Numbered from the stretch's first letter, positions 9,644 to 17,810 are shown. The stretch: DNA of 55,778 nt from Parcubacteria group bacterium (GCA_041659505.1 JBAZYF010000005.1:1-55778), one strand, 5' to 3'. The notes: a model not told the origin generated them from the sequence alone. A program made the numbers and translations.

Positions 9644-9812
9644 TGTCATCCTCGCGAAGGCGGGGATCCAGGCACCTTAGGTTAAAAATAAAGAGAAAAA
9701 GAATTATTGAAATTCAAGACTTGCTGAAATAGAGAGTTAGTCTGACTTACGGCTCGATTTTCTAAGGTTTAAAACTAGTGGAACCTAGATTCCCGCCTTC
9801 GCGGGAATGACA
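9644..9812. repeat. family A MITE-like element, copy 1
   Basis: Terminal inverted repeats TGTCATCCTCGCGAAGGCGGGGATCCAGG / CCTAGATTCCCGCCTTCGCGGGAATGACA. Each end is itself a hairpin (ATTCCCGC-GAAG-GCGGGAAT). Internal blocks are shared with 43839..44007 and 46103..46260. Confidence 0.8.
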
Positions 9813-9823
9813 CAGCTTATTTC

Positions 9824-11080
9824 ATGCAAAAAAATCCAAAAATCATAACCGAACATTGGGGCAAAATTGATCCGCTAAAAATAGAGGATTATTTGGCCGT
9901 GGGTGGTTACGTTTCGCTTAGAAAATTTATCGAAGTGCTGGAACCACAAAAAGCGCTGGAGGAGGTGAAATTGTCAGGCCTTTGTGGCAGGGGCGGGGCG
10001 GGATTTTTGACTGGAGCGAAATGGGAGATGGCAATGGGGCAAAAAAGCAAGGAAAAATATTTTATCTGTAATTTGGACGAATCAGAGCCCGGGACATATA
10101 AGGATCGGGCAATTGTGGAAAATAATCCGCATTTGCTTTTAGAGGGAATAATTATTTCTGCTTTGACGATCGGTGCAAAAAAAGCCTATATCTATATCAA
10201 TGGAAATTACGCAAAGCAAGCAGAAATTTTAGAAAAAGTTATTGCGCAGGCCGGTGAAAATAAATTTATAGGATCCAAGATATTAGGTTCGGCATATTCA
10301 CTGGAAGTGGAAATATTTTCCGGAGCTGGCGCATATATCTGTGGAGAAGAAACGGCTTTGATTAATTCCATGGAAGGCAATCGCGGTGAACCAAAACTTC
10401 GTCCGCCATATCCGACAGAAAAAGGCCTTTTTGGCAGACCCACAGTAGTGAATAATGCGGAAACGGTTGCTAATATTCCATGGATCATAAAAAATGGCGG
10501 CAAAAAATATGCCTCTATCGGTCTTGAAGCTAGCCCTGGAACAAAATTATTCATCCTGGGTGGCGCGGTAAAAAACAAAGGTGTTTTTGAGGCGCCGACC
10601 GGCATCACGATTCATGATGCGATTGATAATTTGGGCGGGGGACTTTTGCGGGGAAAAGAATTTTGGTTTGTGCAAATCGGCGGTGCATCCGGACGGTTGG
10701 TTTTAGAGAAGGAATTAGACCAAAAATTGGGTTATGGAAAAATGTTGACAGAGACGCCCCGCCCGGGCGGGGAGTCGCTACAAATAGGATCCGGTGCAAT
10801 TTTGGTTGTAGACAAGTTAGTTAACATCTATGACTTGCTTTTGTCTTGGACGGGATTTTTTCGCCGAGAGTCTTGTGGAAAATGCATTCCGTGTCGAGAA
10901 GGAACTTTCCGACTCAATGAAATTATGGAGCGATTGGCCGATGGAGAGATCGTTCCACGCGACAAGGAAGCGCTCGATGATATTTTGTGGACTTTGGAAA
11001 ACACTACCTTTTGTCCATTGGGGAAATTTGCGAGCGTGGCAGTGCGAGATGCGGTTTCTAAAATTGGAATTTTAAAATAG
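9824..11080 (+). CDS. NuoF/HoxF/HydB-like NAD(H)- and FMN-binding [4Fe-4S] subunit
   Basis: GRGGAGFLTGAKW, GAGAYICGEETALINS, ESCGKCIPCREG. Confidence 0.9.
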   Translation: MQKNPKIITEHWGKIDPLKIEDYLAVGGYVSLRKFIEVLEPQKALEEVKLSGLCGRGGAGFLTGAKWEMAMGQKSKEKYFICNLDESEPGTYKDRAIVENNPHLLLEGIIISALTIGAKKAYIYINGNYAKQAEILEKVIAQAGENKFIGSKILGSAYSLEVEIFSGAGAYICGEETALINSMEGNRGEPKLRPPYPTEKGLFGRPTVVNNAETVANIPWIIKNGGKKYASIGLEASPGTKLFILGGAVKNKGVFEAPTGITIHDAIDNLGGGLLRGKEFWFVQIGGASGRLVLEKELDQKLGYGKMLTETPRPGGESLQIGSGAILVVDKLVNIYDLLLSWTGFFRRESCGKCIPCREGTFRLNEIMERLADGEIVPRDKEALDDILWTLENTTFCPLGKFASVAVRDAVSKIGILK

Positions 11081-11168
11081 AATAACCTAAAATATTTTTT
11101 CAAAAAAAAGACAGATTTTAATATGTATGGTATTGTGTAATTATATAAAAATAAATTTAAAAAAGAAA

Positions 11169-14100
11169 ATGAAAAAAAAATTAAAATTCATATTTACGTC
11201 AAGCATCTTATCGATTTTATTGTTGCTTGCTTCCCTTTCTTGCGCCTCAGAAGTTCCATTTGATTCATCTTCAACTCAAGATTTAGCAACTCCAGTTGAA
11301 GCTCAAAAAGCTATCGCCATTGCGACAGTAAATATCTATAATACTAAGCTGGTTTCTCAAGATAACAGTAAACTGAAAATTTCTTTTCAACTTTCTAATC
11401 GCGAAAAAGCCCAGCCGGCAGTTAAGTATGCCGTTCAGCTGATTGGCAAAGAAGCGGAAAGCCAATATGTGGCGGATGAACAGATTTATCCGGAAGTCAT
11501 CTCTCTGGGCGAGCATGAGACTGCTTCCAAAGAAATTGAATATTTAGCTCCGAACTATCTTACCGGCACCTTTCGCGTTTTAGTGGTTTCCCGCAATGAA
11601 AATGGCCTACCCTTCTCCTTTGCTCCAGTGGGTGAAGTGGTTTTGCAAGGAGAAGCTAATTTTCTGGAAATACTACCCAACTCTTGTTTTCTGACGGTAG
11701 AAGGAGAAGTGAGCGCTAAAAAGTATACCATAAGGCAGGGCGTCGATATTAAAAGCGAGGAAACATTGCTGGCTACTTGTAACATCATTAATCATTTTCC
11801 AACAGCTATTTCTTTCACTCCAAGCATTGAAACTCATCGGCGTATCACAGTAGGAGAGTTAGTTCCGGATAACAATGAACCACAAAAGAAGTTATCTCTG
11901 GGAGCCGGAGAAAAAAAGAGTTTCTCCTTGAGTTTGCCCAAAGCGACGGCTCCTCAAGCCTATGATGCCGTCTTGAAATTAAAAGACAGCACTGGTACTA
12001 TTTCCAATCAAGTGGCTTTTCACTATGTGATCAGGGGAGCAAGTGCTACGATCCAAAATCTCATCTTGGACAAGAACTTCTATCAAAAAGGTGAAATAGT
12101 TAATACTACTCTTTTCTTCTCCGGATCAGCAGAGGGTTTTCCCGGTTCTCGTTTTGAAAAAGAAAAGAGAGAGGAATTCTTGATGAATATGGAGATTAAA
12201 GATGCAGCGGGTATTCCTTGTGTTACTTCTCAAGAGGCAAGTTTAGGTGAAGCGGATACTGATAAGACCTTTAGTCTTCCTGCCGTGGCTGATTGTACTG
12301 ATCCACTTGCTATGGTTATCCTCACAGACGCCAAAGGGAACCTTTTGGACAAAAGAGAATATCAATTCAAAAGTAACAATCAAACAACAACCGCAATTTC
12401 ATCAGAAACCAAACAAGGACAAAAAAGTGTGATGGCCTATGGTATTATTTTTATTGTCATTCTCACGATTATCGCCCTGGGAGCCATTTTTTTCAAGAAA
12501 AAGTTTTTGATTGTTTTTTTCTTAATCTTCTCTGGTATTTTTTGGAGAGGGGAGCAGGCGCGAGCAGATACCCTCGGTAACTTTGTCATAGGGCTAAACA
12601 AGTCTGTCTATGCTCCAGGAGAAACAATTATTGTCACTGCTACGGATAATCAGGCGCAGTGTTTAAATGCCGGGCATATATATAATGATTTGTTTGTTAC
12701 GATCAATGGAATTGAGTACGTAGTATTTCTAAATTCCAGCGGAGAGGGTATTAGTACAACAGTTTATGCTTCTGCTCCAGCAGCGCCAGGTAGCTACGTG
12801 GCTTCGTTTAGGTGGCCGACAATTTGGGGTACATACGATATTCCTTATATAGTAGTTGCACCTTGTGTACCAAGTTGCGCTTCTGCAGCTAGCTATTGCA
12901 CCTGGGAATCTATTTCCGATGGTTGTAGCGGAAGCTGCACTGGCACAAGGTTGCCTGATTGCTCCGGTCGTGGTGGTGTTTGTGTCGGCGTTAACTACCC
13001 CGTTGCTTGCGGAACTTGTACGGGTACAAAACCACCACTTTGTTCCGATGCTAATCTGCATTGCACTACAGAAACATACGCCAGTACAAACGGTTGTGGA
13101 AACTGCACCGGCACCTGGGATTGCACTTTGCCAACGTGTTCCGCCTCCTTTAGTCCAACTCAATTGACAACGGCCGGCACTTCCACTTTAACTTTGGATT
13201 CTTCTGCGACCGCTGATAATGTCTATGCTTTTTGCAACGGCCCAATTGCCGGTGGCTGGTGGAGTGCCACTGATTTCTCTTCTGGGGTTTGGTTTGCCGC
13301 GGGACAGATCGGAACAGAAACTTGTACTTTCCAAACCTACAATCGCTCATTAGCGGGCGGAGCCTGCAGTGCAACAGTCACAACCTACCCGGCGGCTACT
13401 GTCAACATCACCGCCACGAGCCCGATCCCCTTCGGCGGTAGTCCTACTTTTAACCTTTCCTCGACCAATGCATCGTCCTGCACGGTCAGCGTCGACGGAA
13501 CGATAATTTCCAGCGGCCCGGTCAATCGCTTATTCACATATGGCCCCTATCTCGTTGCCGGACTGCACAACGTTAGTGCCACTTGTCTTAATGCGATCGG
13601 TGCACCGGCTTCTGCTACAACATCTTTCATTGTTGAACCTGCCCCCGTCGCAACGATTACTGTAGTACCCAATCCCGTTGCTTGTGGCAGCAGTACTATC
13701 ATCTCTCTTGCATCGACCAATGCGACTAACTGCACAGTCTCACTGGATGGAGTCGCATTTTCCAGTGGTCCAACAACTTTAGTCACTTCCAGTGGTCCGT
13801 TTTTTGTCTCAATGACACATTCCGCATCAGCCCATTGTGTTAATGCTGCGGGTTATCCCTCTGATCCAGTTGTTCTTTTCTCCGTCGGCGCCTGTCACGC
13901 TTGCGGTACAGCTGCCACATTCTACCCTTACTCACTGGGCTTGTCTGATTGGCCAGGGGGAGTCACCTTCTGTGCTCCAGGTGTACCCAACCCGACTAAT
14001 CCCAGCTTTCCCGTGCTTACCCACGTTCCTCCTAATACAAAAACCACTTGGCTGTGTGAGAATCCATGGAATGCTGCGGATAATGAGTCTTGTACAGCCG

Positions 14101-14324
14101 AAAGGCAATGTCAACCAGATGGTACTACGCGGACTTGCGTGCCTGATGATTCGACCTACTGCACCAATCCAGCCACACTTAAATTGCGTTGTGGCAAAGA
14201 CATACCCTATCATTGCCTAGATAGTTGTAATGAGCCGGCGCCTGCTCTTTGCATATCAGACCCTTGCCCAACGATTCAATGCGCCCCATGTGATGCAGGT
14301 GAGTGGAAAGAGGTGAAACCTTGA
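11169..14324 (+). CDS. very large Cys-rich surface protein, family B copy 1 (signal peptide, Ig-like N-terminal half, internal TM hairpin, CxxC-rich modules, two Ig-like repeats)
   Basis: Signal peptide MKKKLKFIFTSSILSILLLLASLSCA (start moved to ATG 11169). Cys modules CSGSCTGT..CGTCTGTKPP..GCGNCTGT resemble 49502..50989. Tail CAPCDAGEWKEVKP. Confidence 0.7.
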   Translation: MKKKLKFIFTSSILSILLLLASLSCASEVPFDSSSTQDLATPVEAQKAIAIATVNIYNTKLVSQDNSKLKISFQLSNREKAQPAVKYAVQLIGKEAESQYVADEQIYPEVISLGEHETASKEIEYLAPNYLTGTFRVLVVSRNENGLPFSFAPVGEVVLQGEANFLEILPNSCFLTVEGEVSAKKYTIRQGVDIKSEETLLATCNIINHFPTAISFTPSIETHRRITVGELVPDNNEPQKKLSLGAGEKKSFSLSLPKATAPQAYDAVLKLKDSTGTISNQVAFHYVIRGASATIQNLILDKNFYQKGEIVNTTLFFSGSAEGFPGSRFEKEKREEFLMNMEIKDAAGIPCVTSQEASLGEADTDKTFSLPAVADCTDPLAMVILTDAKGNLLDKREYQFKSNNQTTTAISSETKQGQKSVMAYGIIFIVILTIIALGAIFFKKKFLIVFFLIFSGIFWRGEQARADTLGNFVIGLNKSVYAPGETIIVTATDNQAQCLNAGHIYNDLFVTINGIEYVVFLNSSGEGISTTVYASAPAAPGSYVASFRWPTIWGTYDIPYIVVAPCVPSCASAASYCTWESISDGCSGSCTGTRLPDCSGRGGVCVGVNYPVACGTCTGTKPPLCSDANLHCTTETYASTNGCGNCTGTWDCTLPTCSASFSPTQLTTAGTSTLTLDSSATADNVYAFCNGPIAGGWWSATDFSSGVWFAAGQIGTETCTFQTYNRSLAGGACSATVTTYPAATVNITATSPIPFGGSPTFNLSSTNASSCTVSVDGTIISSGPVNRLFTYGPYLVAGLHNVSATCLNAIGAPASATTSFIVEPAPVATITVVPNPVACGSSTIISLASTNATNCTVSLDGVAFSSGPTTLVTSSGPFFVSMTHSASAHCVNAAGYPSDPVVLFSVGACHACGTAATFYPYSLGLSDWPGGVTFCAPGVPNPTNPSFPVLTHVPPNTKTTWLCENPWNAADNESCTAERQCQPDGTTRTCVPDDSTYCTNPATLKLRCGKDIPYHCLDSCNEPAPALCISDPCPTIQCAPCDAGEWKEVKP

Positions 14325-14356
14325 TTTACCAATTAATTTATAAATAAATAATAAAT

Positions 14357-14902
14357 ATGGATAGAAAAAAAATCATTATTCCCATCATTGCTCTCATAAT
14401 ACTTTTTGGCGGAGCCTTGTTTATCGCACAAAGTTTGAGTAATAAGAAGGCAGGAGTTACATCGCAGTCAGTCATTGATACTGGAAAGAATCAGTCAGTA
14501 TTAACTCCGGAGAATGTTCAAAATCCTACTACTCCGGTAAGTCCCGGAAATCAAGGGTCGCCATCAGCTTCAGGATTACCTATTGATCCAAATAACCCAG
14601 TAAATAAAGAGTTGAAGCCTGGTACAAAAGCAGATTTTGGTACAATTGATAGAGTGGATGATAAAAGCGTAGTGCTGAAATTAGCAGATAAATCAATTAC
14701 AGTTAACATTGCTTCTAATACGATCGTTACCAAAAATAGTAGTAATGGCAAGGTAACGACAGGAAGTCTTTCCGATCTAGCCGTTGGTGATCTGACTAAA
14801 GTGAGTTATCATGAAGACACTAAAAAAATTATTGAGATTGTGGTTATGAAGATTGACTTGCCGGATGACACCAAGAAACTGATTGATTTGCCTCAGCCAT
14901 AG
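14357..14902 (+). CDS. small membrane-anchored protein, family S copy 2
   Basis: TM helix IIIPIIALIILFGGALFIA, Pro/Asn-rich linker, C-terminal LSDLAVGDLTKVSYH block. Confidence 0.65.
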   Translation: MDRKKIIIPIIALIILFGGALFIAQSLSNKKAGVTSQSVIDTGKNQSVLTPENVQNPTTPVSPGNQGSPSASGLPIDPNNPVNKELKPGTKADFGTIDRVDDKSVVLKLADKSITVNIASNTIVTKNSSNGKVTTGSLSDLAVGDLTKVSYHEDTKKIIEIVVMKIDLPDDTKKLIDLPQP

Positions 14903-14950
14903 ATAAATTTCTCGGAGATATTTGGATTTAGGGTGCTTGATGAAAAGTTG

Positions 14951-14979
14951 AAAAACACCGGAATGATTCGGTGTTTTTC
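14951..14979 (+). terminator. intrinsic terminator
   Basis: AAAAACACCG-gaatgatt-CGGTGTTTTT. Confidence 0.75.
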
Positions 14980-14994
14980 TAATTCAACGCTTGG

Positions 14995-15003
14995 TGGTAT
15001 AAT
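14995..15003 (+). promoter_or_regulatory. extended -10 (TGGTATAAT) placed 6 nt before the ATG; candidate leaderless promoter
   Basis: TGGTATAAT-tcaaat-ATG(15010). Confidence 0.5.
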
Positions 15004-15009
15004 TCAAAT

Positions 15010-16059
15010 ATGCAAATAAAAATCAACAATAAAAAATACAAGGTAAAGTTGGGTGAGACTGTTTTGGATGTTTGCCGGAGAGAAAGAATTCCGGTCGCTA
15101 CGCTCTGTTCTTTTGAGGGACTTGCTCGTGAGGGAGATTGTCGCTTGTGCCTGGTGGAATTGGGCGAGACGGGCAAATTAGTGACATCTTGCACAACGAA
15201 AGTTTGCGCTGATCTGGAGGTGCAGACAGATAGCGAAAAAGTCCAAAAGGCGCGTCGGATTAACCTCGAGCTACTTTGGGCGGATCATGCGGGAAAGTGT
15301 TCCACTTGCAAGAAAAATCGGATGTGCGAATTGCAAAAACTGGCTGAGGAATATAAAATTGAAAATTTCCATTTTGTACCAAGAAAGGGTGAGATGACGA
15401 GCAGTGAAGAGCAAAAACTACTGCGGGATAATTGGTCGCGAGTCGTCGTTGAAAACCAAAATCCTTGCATTTCGAGGAATTCTGAATTTTGCGTGGAATG
15501 CAAAAGGTGTGTCAATATCTGTCCGGAACATAAATTTGGTTTTAACCATCGGGCAGGGGATGTGGTTGTTGGTACGCCCTATGAAAAAGTCTTGGAGTGC
15601 AGTTTTTGCGGAAAATGCGTCGAGGCGTGCCCGGTAGCGGCGCTGACTGATCAGAATGATTATGCTAAAATAATCGAAGATTTGGAGGATTTGAAAAAGT
15701 TTTCCGTGGCGGTGGTGGATCTGGCTATGGAAGAAAAAATAAAGGCGCAGTTGAAAGATATTACCCAGGAAAAAGATTTGAAAAAAATATTTTTTGAGTT
15801 GGGTTTTGAAAAAATTATCAATCTTTCTGAAAAAGAACAGCACAGGGAAGATGAAGTTTTTGCCAGCATTAAAGCTGATTACGCTAAAAAAGAAAAAATT
15901 GATCCCAGAAATATCCGTACGTTTTTCGTTTCTTCCAAAATCCAAAAAAAAGCCCAAAAAGGCGAATATTTGGATTATATCCTTTCGGAGCGGGAGGTGG
16001 CGAGATTGGTGCGGGATAAGAAAAAAATGATAGCGGGTAAAATCGCACCTAAGAATTAG
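15010..16059 (+). CDS. HoxU/NuoG-N-terminal-like iron-sulfur subunit with a ~130 aa K/E-rich C-terminal extension
   Basis: [2Fe-2S] CSFEG..CRLCLVE..SC; HAGKCSTCKKNRMC (His-ligated cluster motif); two 4Fe-4S motifs, CVECKRCVNICP and CSFCGKCVEACP. Confidence 0.85.
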   Translation: MQIKINNKKYKVKLGETVLDVCRRERIPVATLCSFEGLAREGDCRLCLVELGETGKLVTSCTTKVCADLEVQTDSEKVQKARRINLELLWADHAGKCSTCKKNRMCELQKLAEEYKIENFHFVPRKGEMTSSEEQKLLRDNWSRVVVENQNPCISRNSEFCVECKRCVNICPEHKFGFNHRAGDVVVGTPYEKVLECSFCGKCVEACPVAALTDQNDYAKIIEDLEDLKKFSVAVVDLAMEEKIKAQLKDITQEKDLKKIFFELGFEKIINLSEKEQHREDEVFASIKADYAKKEKIDPRNIRTFFVSSKIQKKAQKGEYLDYILSEREVARLVRDKKKMIAGKIAPKN

Positions 16060-16068
16060 AAAAGTAAT

Positions 16069-16293
16069 ATGTGCCTGGCAATTCCGGGAAAAATTATGGC
16101 AATTAAAAATCAACTGGCGACAGTTGATTTTAATGGCATTGAGAAAGAAATTAACATTTCGTTGGTTTCGGTAAAAGTTGGTGAGTATGTGATGGTGCAC
16201 GCTGGTTTTGCGATTGAGAAGATGGACAGTGAGTATGTGAATGAGATGCAGGGGTATTTGAGTAAAAAATCCAAAATATCAAATTACAAATGA
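16069..16293 (+). CDS. hypC: hydrogenase maturation chaperone HypC
   Basis: N-terminal MCLAIPGKI signature; small OB-fold-sized protein. Confidence 0.85.
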   Translation: MCLAIPGKIMAIKNQLATVDFNGIEKEINISLVSVKVGEYVMVHAGFAIEKMDSEYVNEMQGYLSKKSKISNYK

Positions 16294-16306
16294 CAAATAA
16301 ATATCA

Positions 16307-17344
16307 ATGAGCAGTTTGGATCAAATTCTGAAAAATATTCATGAAAATGCCGAGAAAATTGGACGCCCTATTCGCCTCATGGAGCTTTGTGGTACGCATT
16401 CGCAGACAATTGCCGAGCATGGAATCAAGAAATTAATGCCGGAAAATATCACGCTAGTTTCTGGGCCAGGTTGTCCGGTGTGCGTTACGGATCAAACTGA
16501 CATTGATGTGGTCGTCGGTCTTGCGCTTGCGGGAATTCCGGTGGCAGTCTATGGCGACACGATACAAGTGCCGGGAAATGTGATGAGCCTAGAAGAAGCA
16601 AAAAGAAACGGCGCAGATATTCGGGTCGTTTATTCAATTTCCGAGGCGGTTGAGATGCAAAAAGAAAAATCGAATCTGGTTTTTTTTGGTTTGGGTTTTG
16701 AGACGACGACGGGGATGACGGCTTGGGCGATTAAAAATGGACTGACCGTTTACAGCGCTCACAAACTTTTTCCGCCGGCGATGGAAGCACTTTTGGCCAA
16801 TAAGAAAATAAAAGTTGATGGGTTTATTGATCCTGGGCACGTAAGCGCGATTATCGGAACGGAAGTTTTTGAGAAATTCAAGATTCCGCAAGTCGTGGCT
16901 GGTTTTTCCGGCGAAGATGTTTTGATTGCAATTGATAAGTTGCTTGGCCAAATTTTGGAAAACAAATCTCGCGTGGAAAATGTTTATGGCCGGCTGGTGA
17001 AAAAAGAAGGTAACAGAAAAGCGCTAAATTTAATCAATGAAGTTTTCGAAGTTAGTGATGCAAAATGGCGAGGTTTGGGAGAGATTAAAAATTCGGGGCT
17101 AAAAATTCGGAAAAAATATCAAGCGCAAGATGCGCAGTTCGTGCACAAAAAGTTGATTGAAAAAATAAGAAAAGAGATTAAAATTAAGCCAAGCGCTTGC
17201 CAGTGTGGGCTAGTGCTCCAAGGTCTTATCGAGCCAAAGGCTTGTCTGTTATTCAGGAAAGCTTGTACTCCGGAAAGCCCGCAAGGCGCGTGCATGGTTT
17301 CGGTGGAGGGGAGTTGTAATGTGGAATTCCGCTTCGCGGAATAA
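16307..17344 (+). CDS. hypD: hydrogenase maturation protein HypD
   Basis: CGTHS, GPGCPVCV, GFETT and a C-terminal Cys cluster. Confidence 0.92.
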   Translation: MSSLDQILKNIHENAEKIGRPIRLMELCGTHSQTIAEHGIKKLMPENITLVSGPGCPVCVTDQTDIDVVVGLALAGIPVAVYGDTIQVPGNVMSLEEAKRNGADIRVVYSISEAVEMQKEKSNLVFFGLGFETTTGMTAWAIKNGLTVYSAHKLFPPAMEALLANKKIKVDGFIDPGHVSAIIGTEVFEKFKIPQVVAGFSGEDVLIAIDKLLGQILENKSRVENVYGRLVKKEGNRKALNLINEVFEVSDAKWRGLGEIKNSGLKIRKKYQAQDAQFVHKKLIEKIRKEIKIKPSACQCGLVLQGLIEPKACLLFRKACTPESPQGACMVSVEGSCNVEFRFAE

Positions 17345-17374
17345 ATTGTTTTATTGTTAAATTGTTGAATTGTT
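17345..17374. repeat. 4x ATTGTT with exact 8-nt spacing (left flank of the four-helix-bundle cassette)
   Basis: ATTGTT begins at 17345, 17353, 17361 and 17369. Confidence 0.85.
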
Positions 17375-17380
17375 AATTTT

Positions 17381-17758
17381 GTGGAGAAAAATTATCTTAA
17401 ATTGAACGACCTTAGCTCCTATAAGATTGCCTATAATTTAAGTAATTATGTTTGGGATATTGTGGTTAGTTGGGGTTATTTTGAAAAAGATACTGTGGGC
17501 AAGCAATTCGCAAGATCAGTCGATTCGATTTCAGCTAATATTGCGGAAGGTTTTGGTAGGTTTGGAAAAAAAGATAAAATTAACTTTTATAGGTATGCTT
17601 TTGGATCAGTAAAAGAATCTTTAGATTGGAACGAAAAATCAAAAAAGAGAAGTTTATTAAAAGAAAAGGAATACGAGTATATTTTAAGTGAGTTGCAAAA
17701 ACTACCCAAAGAAATGAACGGCTTAATCAAATTTACAAATGACAAACTGGAACGATGA
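17381..17758 (+). CDS. four-helix-bundle protein (23S rRNA intervening-sequence protein family, TIGR02436/PF05635-like)
   Basis: GTG start. Motifs SISANIAEGFGR and YRYAFGSVKESLDW are typical of the family. Confidence 0.8.
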   Translation: MEKNYLKLNDLSSYKIAYNLSNYVWDIVVSWGYFEKDTVGKQFARSVDSISANIAEGFGRFGKKDKINFYRYAFGSVKESLDWNEKSKKRSLLKEKEYEYILSELQKLPKEMNGLIKFTNDKLER

Positions 17759-17780
17759 CAATTTAGTAATACAGCATTGC

Positions 17781-17810
17781 AACAATGAAACAATTTAACA
17801 ATGTAACAAT
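17781..17810. repeat. 4x AACAAT with exact 8-nt spacing (right flank, mirror image of 17345..17374)
   Basis: AACAAT begins at 17781, 17789, 17797 and 17805. The array overlaps the first 9 codons of the hypE ORF. Confidence 0.85.

Noticed and set aside
15418-16200. A 260-aa - strand ORF.
   Set aside because: It lies antisense to the HoxU-like and hypC genes. It is a low-complexity F/I/K-rich product generated by the K/E-rich sense strand, and no RBS is present.
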